This document shows positions 32,847-42,958 of a stretch of 64,000 bases of DNA, in pieces. The notes beneath the pieces were generated by a model. That model made no database searches. It worked only from the letters and a program-made list of their open reading frames with translations, and was not told the DNA's origin. How positions within the stretch are numbered: the stretch's first letter is position 1; each line of letters opens with the position of its first letter. A program made the position numbers and the translations under genes. The stretch is from Spirochaetaceae bacterium. Lineage in GTDB: Bacteria; Spirochaetota; Spirochaetia; DSM-2461. The DNA is taken from assembly GCA_965224705.1 (NCBI GenBank), contig OZ245056.1, forward strand, positions 1,600,001-1,664,000. The letters are read 5' to 3'.

Positions 32847-34121
32847 TTATGCCCTGTCGTATAATCGGAAGCCTGTCGTTGTGAAATCCTTCAGATAGAA
32901 CATTCCTTTTGCAGGCATGGCTCCCTCAAGAAGATTCTTCCAGACAGTAAAATCCTCCGGCCGGGCCAGCCAGTTTAGATATTCGTGAAAATCAGCCTCA
33001 TGGTATGTCTGCAATGCTTCTTTGATTCGCCAGCGTGAAATCATTTCCGGAGCTCCCTCTGCAATGGTCATTGAAAATACAAACATTGTATTTCCCGAAC
33101 CATAGGATGCAACCAGAATTGATTTCCCTGTTATGGCTTCTTTGTGTTTTTTCCATTCCTGCTCAAGAAGGGCGGCCAGATAGGCATAGAGGGATACAGT
33201 GTAGAGATTGCCGGTTTCACGATTCAGGTACATGGCATCCATAAAGCATGTTTTGCTGATGAATTCTTCCATCCTGGAGGTGTTCTTTCCATACACACTG
33301 TCTAGAAGCTGGGTTACGGCCACTTCCGGCATTGTGGGAAAGGGGACATGGAGGGCGATGTAGTCGGTATCGTCCAGTACCTCCTGAGGACTTTTTTGCA
33401 GTCTGTTACAATAATCACTGTATGCGGCAATGAGGGCATCCCTGTAGCATTTCATTGAATAGCCTCCCTTTACTCTGGCTGTGACCGACCCGGGAGGCCG
33501 GAAGAAATCATCCACATCCGACGAGAAATATCCCTGGTTCCTGAGATCAATTTCCAGAAGTCTGGGGTTTTTCTCTATCAGAAGAGCGGCAGAACCAGCA
33601 CCCTGGGTCATTTCAGCCGCACTTGGAGCTTCGTAGCGGGAGATATCACTGCATAGAATCAGGGCTCTGTCATCCGGATTTCCGGAGAACCCAAGCATTG
33701 AACTGCTGCTGAGAAGTGCCGCTGTTCCTCCCGCACAGGCATGTTTCACCTCAAAGGTGGAGAGATTACTGGCAATGTCATAATTGGCGTTTTGCAGCAT
33801 ACCCTGAACATAGGCTGAAACAGGTTTTGAATGATCAACAGCGGTTTCTGTTCCGGTGACGATAGACCGTATTCCCCTCACCTGGGCCGGGGTCATTCTA
33901 TCCAGAACAACGACGGCGGCGTTTCCTGCCAGGGATGCTGTATCTTCCCAGGGTTCAGGAAAGCGGAACGCTGTCAGACCGGTTTTTTTTATTGCCTTTG
34001 AAAGGTGGTTCACGAGCTCAGGATGGGAAACGGCACGGGATTTTACCAGGGTGTCCATGCGCATTCGGGGGGATGGCAGGTAGAGGCCGATGTCTCCAAT
34101 ACCTATTTTAGTTTGATCCAT
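32847..34121 (-). CDS. mvaS: HMG-CoA synthase
   Basis: GTE...D.SKP, E.KHAC.GGTAAL, E.TQGAG..A.L, DF.RP, H.PF, GNLYT.S, SYGSG; start at MDQTK. Confidence 0.93.
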   Translation of the reverse strand: MDQTKIGIGDIGLYLPSPRMRMDTLVKSRAVSHPELVNHLSKAIKKTGLTAFRFPEPWEDTASLAGNAAVVVLDRMTPAQVRGIRSIVTGTETAVDHSKPVSAYVQGMLQNANYDIASNLSTFEVKHACAGGTAALLSSSSMLGFSGNPDDRALILCSDISRYEAPSAAEMTQGAGSAALLIEKNPRLLEIDLRNQGYFSSDVDDFFRPPGSVTARVKGGYSMKCYRDALIAAYSDYCNRLQKSPQEVLDDTDYIALHVPFPTMPEVAVTQLLDSVYGKNTSRMEEFISKTCFMDAMYLNRETGNLYTVSLYAYLAALLEQEWKKHKEAITGKSILVASYGSGNTMFVFSMTIAEGAPEMISRWRIKEALQTYHEADFHEYLNWLARPEDFTVWKNLLEGAMPAKGMFYLKDFTTTGFRLYDRA

Positions 34122-34187
34122 GAATACCTCAATTATACTCTGGTTCATTATTGCGTATCTATCCATCAATAGCCAGTTATGAAGCAT

Positions 34188-34220
34188 AAAAAAGACCGTC
34201 CGGGGAGGGACGGTCTAAAA
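34188..34220 (-). terminator. Rho-independent terminator (possibly bidirectional)
   Basis: 9-bp stem AGACCGTCC/GGACGGTCT followed by a T run on the minus strand. Confidence 0.75.
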
Positions 34221-34275
34221 GGAGGCCAGTGGTTATCCTGGGAGGAGTGTTATTTCAACCACGAGAGACCTTGTT
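34188..34275 (-). ncRNA. Candidate ~90-nt small RNA with CU-rich (anti-SD-like) loop and intrinsic terminator
   Basis: Minus strand: hairpin GTGGTTG/TAACCAC enclosing ACTCCTCCC, then CCTCC, then terminator AGACCGTCC/GGACGGTCT-TTTTT; sigma28-like promoter directly upstream. Confidence 0.55.
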
Positions 34276-34281
34276 GTTTTA

Positions 34282-34308
34282 TATTCGGCATTTGTGCGGC
34301 AATCTTGA
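34282..34308 (-). promoter_or_regulatory. Candidate sigma28 (FliA) promoter
   Basis: TCAA-N15-GCCGAATA on the minus strand. Confidence 0.5.
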
Positions 34309-34333
34309 GGGCGCCTTTGAGGTTCTTTCTGAA

Positions 34334-34496
34334 GGGCACCTCTAAAAAACACCCATTCCGTTTCTGGCTTGATCTTTACCACTGCTACTGCGTTGCCAAA
34401 ATGCTCACGTAGCCCAGCTACACTCCGCTTTTGTCGCCTTGTATCAGTGAAAAATCTCTGCACCAGATTCCGAAAGCGGGTTTTTTAGAGGTGCCC
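34334..34496. mobile_element. 163-bp MITE with 17-bp perfect TIRs and 4-bp target duplication
   Basis: GGGCACCTCTAAAAAAC...GTTTTTTAGAGGTGCCC flanked on both sides by TGAA (34330-34333 and 34497-34500); no transposase. Confidence 0.88.
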
Positions 34497-34538
34497 TGAA
34501 GAATTCATTCCATGGTACCCTTGAAGAGGAGGTGTGAA

Positions 34539-36326
34539 GTGTCAATTCTTCATCGATCAGGCCGACTGCGTCAGGTTATGGCCGATGCCGGTTTCGATGC
34601 CTGCATCATTGTTGGTTCGGATCCGCACGGAAATGAAATCCCATCGAAACGGTGGCAGACCCGGGAATGGATAAGCGGATTTACGGGCAGTTCCGGGACT
34701 GTTGTTGTAACGAAGGACTTTGCAGGACTGTGGACAGATTTCCGCTACTGGACACAGGCTGCACAGGAACTCTCAGGTACGGAGATAAAACTTTTCCGCT
34801 CCTTTGAACCGGGTGTTCCCACGCCTGAGGAATGGCTGGTCAAGAATCTCAAACCAGGTTCTCTTGTTGCTTTCGATGGGCAGACAATCCGTTATGCGGA
34901 TGCCGATAAGTGGGTTGCGGCATTCAGGAACGCCGATATTTCATTCGATTCCTCAAGGGATCTTCTTGAGGATATCTGGCCGGACAGACCATCCATGCCT
35001 GCGAATCCAGTTATTGAGCTGAGTGAGGATGAAAGCGGAGAGTCCCGTCGGCAGCGGATAAAACGATTACGTTTGAAACTTCAGGAGGCCGGTGCCGATA
35101 CCTGGATAGCCGCGGCTCTGAACCTGCAGGCATGGCTTCTCAACATTCGGGGAAGCGATATTCCTCATACACCCGTTGTGTATGGATACATCATTGTCCG
35201 GCCGGATTCAATTCGGTGGTACACCGATCCTGAACGCCTGTCTTCTGAACTCACACTTTCCCTTGAATCGGATTGTATTCAGGTTGTTCCATACGGGAAT
35301 TTCACGCACGAAGCGGCCTCCCTGCCGGAGAGCTGCCGCATTCTTGCTGACCCGGAATTGCTTTCATGGTCGGTGGTGAGTCATCTGTCAGCGAAATCAA
35401 TCCATGCCCCCGATCCCGTCGAATTGATGAAGGCTGAAAGAAATCCAGTGGAATTGGAGTTTACACGGGATGCAATGAAGAAGGATGGAGCGGCCCTGGT
35501 GAAGCTGTTCATCGATCTGGAACGGCGGCTGAGCCAGGGGGAGGATGTTGGGGAAATTCAGGCCATTGAGTTGCTGAGAAAACATCGGGAAACCCTGCCG
35601 GGTTTCCTTGGCGAAAGTTTTTCAACCATCGCTGCGGCGGGAGCCAATGCAGCCCTCTGCCATTACGAAGCAAAACCGGAGAATCAGGGCTATCTCAATT
35701 CAACAGGCAATATTTTTCTTCTTGATTGCGGCTGTCAGTGGAGGGAAGGAACAACGGATATCACCCGTACCGTCTCATTCAATCAGCCCTCGCCGGAGGA
35801 AAAACGGGATTATACAAGGGTCCTCAAGGCCCATATTGCTCTTTCACGGATACGATTTCCTGCCGGTACATGCGGCTACCAGCTTGATGCCATTGCCAGG
35901 GCCGGACTCTGGCAGCAGGGAATCGACTTTGGGCATGGAGCAGGTCATGGAGTTGGCTTTCGTCTTGGCGTTCATGAGGGCCCTCAGAGCATCAGTCCCA
36001 AACCTGTGGATGTGAAACTGGAGCCGGGGATGGTTGTTTCCAACGAACCGGGTATCTACAGGGAAGGATTCTATGGTATACGGATTGAGAATCTCATGGC
36101 ATGCCGCAGGGATGAGAAAACTGAATTCGGACAGTTTCTCTCTTTTGAAACCCTCAGCCTTGCCCCCTATCAAAGAAGCCTCATCGATGCCGATCTTCTG
36201 GATTCAGAGGAAATTCAGTGGATTGATGAATACCATGCCTCTGTACGGGAGAAACTTGCCCCGCTGCTGGAGGCGGATGAGGCGGCATGGCTTGAAAAAG
36301 CTACGGAGTGTCTGGGGAAGGAATAA
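34539..36326 (+). CDS. Xaa-Pro aminopeptidase (aminopeptidase P, M24B)
   Basis: [53 protein letters not shown] start with GAGGAGG. Confidence 0.93.
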   Translation: MSILHRSGRLRQVMADAGFDACIIVGSDPHGNEIPSKRWQTREWISGFTGSSGTVVVTKDFAGLWTDFRYWTQAAQELSGTEIKLFRSFEPGVPTPEEWLVKNLKPGSLVAFDGQTIRYADADKWVAAFRNADISFDSSRDLLEDIWPDRPSMPANPVIELSEDESGESRRQRIKRLRLKLQEAGADTWIAAALNLQAWLLNIRGSDIPHTPVVYGYIIVRPDSIRWYTDPERLSSELTLSLESDCIQVVPYGNFTHEAASLPESCRILADPELLSWSVVSHLSAKSIHAPDPVELMKAERNPVELEFTRDAMKKDGAALVKLFIDLERRLSQGEDVGEIQAIELLRKHRETLPGFLGESFSTIAAAGANAALCHYEAKPENQGYLNSTGNIFLLDCGCQWREGTTDITRTVSFNQPSPEEKRDYTRVLKAHIALSRIRFPAGTCGYQLDAIARAGLWQQGIDFGHGAGHGVGFRLGVHEGPQSISPKPVDVKLEPGMVVSNEPGIYREGFYGIRIENLMACRRDEKTEFGQFLSFETLSLAPYQRSLIDADLLDSEEIQWIDEYHASVREKLAPLLEADEAAWLEKATECLGKE

Positions 36327-38142
36327 CTCTGACGGCCCCCCTGTCGGCACTGGATGCCAGGAGGGCATAGGCCCTTAAGGAATCGGGGACATGACGCTCC
36401 CGCTGCGGCTTCCAGGCCGAGGCTCCCTTTGATTCTTCTTCAGACCGCCTTTGCTTCAGTTCGGCCTCTGTCAGCCGTACATTTATTGTTCGACCAGGGA
36501 TATCAATATCGATTGTATCGCCATTGTGTACCAGGGCTATTCCACCGCCTGAAGCCGCCTCTGGTGAGGCATGTCCGATGGACAGGCCCGATGTGCCTCC
36601 GGAGAAACGGCCATCGGTGAGCAGGGCACAGGCCTTGCCAAGATTCATGGATTTCAGGTAGCTTGTCGGGTACAGCATTTCCTGCATTCCAGGACCGCCT
36701 TTCGGCCCTTCATGCCGAATAACGATGACATCACCGGCGGTAATTTTTCCGCCGAGAATAGCATCAACAGCGGCCTCCTGGGAATCGAAAACTCTGGCCG
36801 TACCGGAGAAGGTCAGTATGGATTCATCAACACCTGCTGTTTTGACGACGGCCCCATCGGGAGCAAGATTTCCAAAGAGAACGGCCAATCCTCCGTCCTG
36901 TGAATAGGCATGGGACACCGTGCGGATACAACCGGCCGTTCTATCGGTATCCAGTTTTCTGTACCTGGTAGACTGGCTGCCCATCACAAGATTTCTTCCA
37001 CCGCCGGGGGCGGCCCTATAAAACTCCACGGTTCTGTCCGATGGTTCATCCGCAACATCCCATTGCTTCAATGCCTGGGCCAGATTCTTTGAATCAATCC
37101 GACCGGCCCCTGTATCGAGCAGATTGGCCCGGGCCAGTTCCCCGAGAATCCCCATTATCCCCCCGGCACGATGAACGTCTTCAATGTGATATTTCTCACT
37201 GCTGGGAGCAACTTTGCACAGACAGGGCACCCTGCGGCTCAGGCGGTCGATGTCGGTCAGATTGAAATCCACATCGGCTGACCGGGCGGCGGCCAGAATA
37301 TGCAGTATTGTGTTTGTGGATCCTCCCATGGCAATGTCCAGGGCCATGGCGTTTTCAAAGGCGGCTCTGGCGGCAATGGATCGGGGCAGGACGCTCCGGT
37401 CATCTTCAAAGTAGTAACGGTTGGCCAGTTTAACGATGAGATCGGCGGCTCTGTCAAACAGCCCGGCTCTCTCGGAGTGGGTGGCCAGAACCGTTCCATT
37501 GCCTGGCAGTCCCAGTCCCAGGGCCTCCACCAGGCAGTTCATTGAATTGGCCGTGAACATACCGCTGCACGATCCGCAGGTAGGGCAGGCCAGGTTTTCT
37601 ACCCGATTGAGTTCATCATCATCCACGGATTCATCTCCGGCCATTATCATTGCATCGATGAGATCCAGATTTTTTGTATCGGAGCGTCCGGCTTCCATGG
37701 GGCCGCCTGAAACAAAAACCGTAGGGATGTTGATGCGCAGGGCCGCCATCAGCATCCCCGGAGTTATCTTGTCGCAGTTGGAAATGCAGACAAGGGCATC
37801 GGCACAGTGGGCGTTGACCATGTATTCTGTACTGTCGGCTATTATTTCCCTGGAGGGTAAGGAGTAGAGCATGCCGCCATGTCCCATGGCAATGCCGTCA
37901 TCGACCGCAATAGTGTTAAATTCAGCGGCAAAACAGCCTGATTCCTGGATGCGTTTTTTTATCCGCTGTCCCACATCGTGCAGATGAACATGACCGGGGA
38001 CGAACTGAGTGAAGGAGTTGGCAATGGCAATGAGGGGTTTGTTCATCTGATCATCTGTCATTCCATTTGCCTTCCACAATGATCTTGCTCCAGCCATAAG
38101 CCGTCCATGGCGGCTGACTGCACTTCGTAATTTCCGGGGCAT
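36301..38142 (-). CDS. ilvD: Dihydroxy-acid dehydratase
   Basis: [49 protein letters not shown]. Confidence 0.97.
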   Translation of the reverse strand: MPRKLRSAVSRHGRLMAGARSLWKANGMTDDQMNKPLIAIANSFTQFVPGHVHLHDVGQRIKKRIQESGCFAAEFNTIAVDDGIAMGHGGMLYSLPSREIIADSTEYMVNAHCADALVCISNCDKITPGMLMAALRINIPTVFVSGGPMEAGRSDTKNLDLIDAMIMAGDESVDDDELNRVENLACPTCGSCSGMFTANSMNCLVEALGLGLPGNGTVLATHSERAGLFDRAADLIVKLANRYYFEDDRSVLPRSIAARAAFENAMALDIAMGGSTNTILHILAAARSADVDFNLTDIDRLSRRVPCLCKVAPSSEKYHIEDVHRAGGIMGILGELARANLLDTGAGRIDSKNLAQALKQWDVADEPSDRTVEFYRAAPGGGRNLVMGSQSTRYRKLDTDRTAGCIRTVSHAYSQDGGLAVLFGNLAPDGAVVKTAGVDESILTFSGTARVFDSQEAAVDAILGGKITAGDVIVIRHEGPKGGPGMQEMLYPTSYLKSMNLGKACALLTDGRFSGGTSGLSIGHASPEAASGGGIALVHNGDTIDIDIPGRTINVRLTEAELKQRRSEEESKGASAWKPQRERHVPDSLRAYALLASSADRGAVRVIPSPDTP

Positions 38143-38241
38143 TTTATATTCCTCCTGAAGGGTAAGTATAGAGCAGGAATGTTTTTTTTGCTATGGGAGG
38201 AAGGATACCTCCCAGGGCAATCGCATCTAAAATCCACTAAA

Positions 38242-38495
38242 CAGAGTGTTCAAGGTAATTATTGATCTGATTTTTTAACCGCAGAGAGCGCAGAGAGCGC
38301 AGAGTGTTCCAGGGAATTATTCCCCATGGTTTTTTAACTGCAAAGGGCGCAGAGAGCGCAGAGTGTTCACGGTAATTATTCACCATGGGTTTTTACCGCA
38401 GAGGATGCAGAGTGTTCAAGGTAATTATTGATCTGATTTTTTAACCGCAGAGGACGCAGAGAGCGCAGAGAGATCACGGTAAATACTCACCAATT
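38242..38495. repeat. Five-unit tandem array (49-59 bp) built on AACCGCAGAG-(NNCGCAGAG)n
   Basis: Units start at 38242, 38300, 38359, 38408 and 38466; units 1 and 4 share CAGAGTGTTCAAGGTAATTATTGATCTGATTTTTTAACCGCAGAG. Confidence 0.85.
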
Positions 38496-38766
38496 TATTT
38501 ATCAATTATGGAAGTGGTGGATCGGAAGTTTCCGTACCGGAACAGGAGGCCAGGATCCAATTCAGCGTTGGTGTTTTGCCCGTTTAACATGAAATGGATT
38601 GATGCTCAAATCCTAATGTTCACAATTTTCTACATCGGGGGACCTCTAAAAAATTCCGGCACAAGGATGAATCAGTCAGAGGATTGGCTACGGTTTAACG
38701 GTGGGAATAGGTTCCTCTGCGGCATCTTCAGGAAGCGATTTTTATACCGCAGAGGGGCAGAGCATC

Positions 38767-38795
38767 CGTCCTCAGCTCCCCTGGAGTTGAGGACG
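38767..38795. terminator. Strong hairpin downstream of the InlB-repeat gene (possible terminator)
   Basis: CGTCCTCAGCTCC-CCT-GGAGTTGAGGACG; no clear U tract. Confidence 0.4.
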
Positions 38796-38821
38796 AACAC
38801 CCGGATAGAGAAAATCAGCTG

Positions 38822-41800
38822 CTAATCCTGTACCCACTTGACATAAATAGTTCTTGATGATTGACTCCAATCCCAATTACCCACCCCATGGCTCTTAGGA
38901 GGATGAGCCCATACTGTTCCCAATCCATCTTTATTTTCGGTATAGCCGGCTATGCTGAATCCGGTTCTAGTTGGAAGAGAAGGGTAAGAGAAATAGCCAT
39001 CAGATTGTATTGTTGTAAGGCCAGAATAATTAGCATCATTCGGATCTTTAATAATTATTTCATGTCCATAGTTAATAATTCCGTAATATGCATAAATTGT
39101 TTTATCCTCAGGGTAGTCCCAAACTCTCTCGCCCTCTTTTACTTTATTGCCGGCTCCTCCTGTATCATAATACCGATGCCCGGAATATAACCTACCGACA
39201 CTACTCAGCCTGAGATCGTCAGTATAGCCTTGAAATTCTTTCGCATTGTCACTAATGGCAGGCGAAAGAATACCACCGGGAAGCGGCAATTTCTCTCCCA
39301 ATGTTGCTACGACAGATGTTGTAGTACCTCCATTGCTGCCGCCGTTTATATCAAGTGTTACGGTGTATGTGGGTTTTTTCCAATGGGCATAAATCGTTGC
39401 CGCGCTGTCCTGGTCCCAATTATTTTTCGGCTCCATATTCTTGTCGTAATACTGAGTTCCTGTTCCATTATTATTCGCAAAATAACCCTGGAATACATAG
39501 GATACTTCAACCTTAGTGTTCGCGAGAGTATCAAAATACTCATAGACAGGCGGTGTCGGCACCGCCTGGTTTGTTGGCAGCAATGCGTCATAGGTAGCCT
39601 GGAGTGTGGGAGTCCCTGATTCTCCGTTATTCTTATTTAAAGAAACGGCATATTTATTGGCTGTCCATTGAGCGTAGAGGGTAGTAGCCGCCGTTATCGT
39701 AGTATCGAAGTCAAACAAAGTCCCGCCGCTTTGAGCAGTGGACCAGCCTGCAAGTGTGTACCCCGTCCGTGAGGGGCTCTCCGAAACGGCCGTTCCTCCA
39801 CCGGGAATGTTCTGGGTAGTGGGAGTTCCCGAGCCATAATTTGGGTCAAAACTCACCGTGTGAAAGGTTTGCGTCCACTGGGCATACAGGGTTATGTTCG
39901 TTGTTACTGATGTTCCTCCATTTCCAAAGTTAAACTCATTACCACCAGATTGGTTATCAAACCAACCAGTAAACGCATAGTTGCTTCGTGTGGGACGGGG
40001 AGGTTCTGTAGCGGTGTAGCCATTGGGAACTGTTTCAGAGGCTGGTGCCGTGCTGTCTCCTCCATTGACATCGTAGCTTACCGTGTATGTTGTGGCAGCC
40101 CACCGGGCATATAGGGTTATGTCCTTTGTTACTGGTGTTCCTCCGCTTCCAAAGTTAAACTCATTGCCGCCTGTTTGGGCATCAAACCAGCCGACGAACG
40201 TCTGTCCGGTACTTGAGGGATCGTTGGGCTCAGTAGCGGTTCCGCCATCGTTAACTGTTTCAGCGGCTGGTTCTGTTGTGCTGTCTCCTCCATTAACATC
40301 GTAGCTTACCGTGTACTGCTTAATCCACTGGGCATACAATTCTATGTCAGCCGTTACCTTTGTTCCAAAGATATACTCACTACCACCTGATTGGGCATCA
40401 GACCAACCAGTAAACGCATAGCCGCTTCGTGTGGGATCGGCGGGTTCAAGAGCGGTTTTATCATGGTCAACTGTTTCAGCGGCTGGTGCTGGGCTGTCTC
40501 CTCCATTAAGATTGTAGGTTACCGTGTATGTAATAGGAGTCCACTGGGCATACAAGAACCATTCAATAGTTACTGTGGTTCCTTCGCTTCCAAATGTGAA
40601 GGAATCTCCGCCCCCATCAGCCTGTTTGTTCCAGGCAGCATTCAGGGTATAGCCGGTTCTGCTTACCGTTGGGGCTGCTGGTATTATATCGCCATCGTTT
40701 ACTTTTTGAGTTGCCGGGACCGGTGTGGCGTCTCCTCCATTGGCATAGTAGGTTACCGTGTACTGTCTGAAAGACCACTGGGCATACAGGGTGATGTCCG
40801 CTGTTACTGGTGTTCCTCCATCTCCAAATAGGAAGTAAGTTCCACTTTTATCAGATTTTGTAGTCCAGCGAGTATCCAGGAAAGCGCCGCCATCTCCACT
40901 TATACCCGTTGGGGCTGAAGCTATTGTTTCGCCATGGTTTACTATTTGAGTTGCCGGATCCGGTGTGCCTATTCCCCCATTAACATCGTAGGTTACCGTG
41001 TACTGTTTGATAGTCCATTGGGCATACAGGGTTATGTCCGCTGTTACCGCTGTTCCTCCGCTTCCAAATAGGAAGGAAGTTCCGGTCCCATCAGCTTTTG
41101 TATTCCAGGCGGTACTCAGGGTAAAACCGGTTTTGCTTATACCCGTTGGGGCTGCTGCTATTATATCGCCATTGTTTACTGCTTGAGTTGCCGGATTCAG
41201 TGTGCCTGTTCCCTCATTAACATGGTAGGTTACCGTGTGCTGGGTGTTAGACCACTGGGCATAGAGGGTGATGTCCTCTGTTACTGGTGTTCCTCCTTTT
41301 CCAAATAGGAAGGCATCTCCACTCCCATCAGCTTTTGTATTCCAGGCAGTACTCAGGGTAAAACCGGTTTTGCTTACCGTTGGGGCGGCTGCTATTATAT
41401 CGCCATCGTTTACTGTTTGAGTTTCCGGGACCGGTGTGTCGTCCCCTCCATTGGCATGGTAGGTTACCGTGTGCTGGGTGTTAGACCACTGGGCATACAG
41501 GGTGATGTCCTCTGTTACTGGTGTTCCTCCTTTTCCAAATAGGAAGGCATCTCCACTCCCATCAGCTTGTGTATTCCAGGCAGTACTCAGGGTAAAACCG
41601 GTTTTGCTTATACCCGTTGGGGCTGCTGCTATTATATCGCCATTGTTTACTGTTTGAGTTGCCGGATCCGGTGTGCCGTCTCCTCCATTGGCATGGTAGG
41701 TTACCGTGTGCTGAATGTCAGACCACTGGGCATACAGGGTGATGTCCTCTGTTACCGGTGTTCCTTCATTTCCAAATAGGAAGGAAGCTCCGGTCCCATT

Positions 41801-42328
41801 AGCGTCTGTATTCCAGGCTGTATCCAGGAAAAAGCCAGTTCTACTTACCGTTGGGGCTGCTGCTATTGTTTCGCCATGGTTTACTGTTTGAGTTGCCGGG
41901 ACCGGTGTGTCGTCTCCTCCATTGGCATGGTAGGTTACCGTGTGCTGCTTAACCCACCGGGCATACAGGGTGATGTCTGCTGTTACGGCTGTGCCAAAGT
42001 TAAATTCATTGCCGCCTGATTGGGCATCAAACCAACCAGTAAACGTATAGCCGTTTCGTGCGGGATCGGCGGGTTTAGCAGCGGTTCCGCCATCGGTCAC
42101 TTTTTCAGCGGCTGGTGCTGTGCTGTCTCCTCCATTGACATTGTAGCTTACCGTGAACTCGTTCGTTACTGGAACCTCGGGGGTAGCTCCAGGACAGGCT
42201 GTTATCACGATAGCGATGACTGCAATCAATGCAGTCCCGACAAATATGGAAATTCCATTCCTTCTTGCGGGTCTTCCCGCATTCCCGCCGCTGTTAAACA
42301 GGCGGTTCCAAAACTCAAACCGTTTCAT
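38822..42328 (-). CDS. Surface lipoprotein made of ~14 InlB B-repeat (Listeria-Bacteroides/Flg_new) domains
   Basis: Hydrophobic signal ending VITA-C; 14 units of TV.Y..NGG...GY.F.GW...ITLYA.W; start at MKRFEF with GAGGAG RBS. Confidence 0.9.
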   Translation of the reverse strand: MKRFEFWNRLFNSGGNAGRPARRNGISIFVGTALIAVIAIVITACPGATPEVPVTNEFTVSYNVNGGDSTAPAAEKVTDGGTAAKPADPARNGYTFTGWFDAQSGGNEFNFGTAVTADITLYARWVKQHTVTYHANGGDDTPVPATQTVNHGETIAAAPTVSRTGFFLDTAWNTDANGTGASFLFGNEGTPVTEDITLYAQWSDIQHTVTYHANGGDGTPDPATQTVNNGDIIAAAPTGISKTGFTLSTAWNTQADGSGDAFLFGKGGTPVTEDITLYAQWSNTQHTVTYHANGGDDTPVPETQTVNDGDIIAAAPTVSKTGFTLSTAWNTKADGSGDAFLFGKGGTPVTEDITLYAQWSNTQHTVTYHVNEGTGTLNPATQAVNNGDIIAAAPTGISKTGFTLSTAWNTKADGTGTSFLFGSGGTAVTADITLYAQWTIKQYTVTYDVNGGIGTPDPATQIVNHGETIASAPTGISGDGGAFLDTRWTTKSDKSGTYFLFGDGGTPVTADITLYAQWSFRQYTVTYYANGGDATPVPATQKVNDGDIIPAAPTVSRTGYTLNAAWNKQADGGGDSFTFGSEGTTVTIEWFLYAQWTPITYTVTYNLNGGDSPAPAAETVDHDKTALEPADPTRSGYAFTGWSDAQSGGSEYIFGTKVTADIELYAQWIKQYTVSYDVNGGDSTTEPAAETVNDGGTATEPNDPSSTGQTFVGWFDAQTGGNEFNFGSGGTPVTKDITLYARWAATTYTVSYDVNGGDSTAPASETVPNGYTATEPPRPTRSNYAFTGWFDNQSGGNEFNFGNGGTSVTTNITLYAQWTQTFHTVSFDPNYGSGTPTTQNIPGGGTAVSESPSRTGYTLAGWSTAQSGGTLFDFDTTITAATTLYAQWTANKYAVSLNKNNGESGTPTLQATYDALLPTNQAVPTPPVYEYFDTLANTKVEVSYVFQGYFANNNGTGTQYYDKNMEPKNNWDQDSAATIYAHWKKPTYTVTLDINGGSNGGTTTSVVATLGEKLPLPGGILSPAISDNAKEFQGYTDDLRLSSVGRLYSGHRYYDTGGAGNKVKEGERVWDYPEDKTIYAYYGIINYGHEIIIKDPNDANYSGLTTIQSDGYFSYPSLPTRTGFSIAGYTENKDGLGTVWAHPPKSHGVGNWDWSQSSRTIYVKWVQD

Positions 42329-42611
42329 AAACACTCCTCTCAGATTTTCGATCAAGATTAATAACGGGAATACATCCCGCATAAGGTAACAGACAAAGTA
42401 ACAATATATTATATACTATAAGAAAATGGGGGAGATTTCAACTTTTTTATGAAATTTCTTGTTTATGCGTGTCCATTTGCGGCTCTTTCAGCAGTTTCCA
42501 GGGATTGTTTGTTGTTTCGAGATTCGTATAGTGCTGGTCAACTGCTGCGGTCTCTTCCGTCCCGGTCGATAAGCATGTAACGCATTCGGGTATGATTGCT
42601 GCTTTGGGGGT

Positions 42612-42890
42612 AGGGCTTGCTGAGAAAGTACTTCTCTCATATTTGCTTGTGAGACTCTGACAATTCGGTCTTTGACCTGCTGAGGATAATCCATCGATTA
42701 TTCTCATACAAACGGCCGCCGAATGGCAGTCCAAAATCTTCCAGTTTCCGTTGCTCTGTGTTTGTGCGTGAGATACATGGTTTCTCCCTGGTACAAGGGT
42801 TTTTTGAGATTTTCCCTCGCACCTGAGGGCATTTTAGATACATTTAATTCTTTCGAAAATAGATTCTTAGTTTTTTATTCAGCAAGCCCT
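42612..42890 (-). mobile_element. Internally deleted IS5-family element (~280 bp)
   Basis: Inverted ends AGGGCTTGCTGA at 42612 and TCAGCAAGCCCT ending 42890; internal transposase N-terminal remnant EDFGLPFGGRL.ENNRWI.LS. Confidence 0.78.
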
Positions 42891-42958
42891 GTCTAGAGAT
42901 ACCCTCTATTCCAAGGGTTACTCCAGCCGAAAGCATATTTGAGGATATGCGGGGAAAG

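Noticed and set aside
38242..38495. CRISPR array
   Set aside because: The inter-repeat segments are related to one another (units 1 and 4 identical), the repeat has internal 9-bp periodicity, and no cas genes are in the window.
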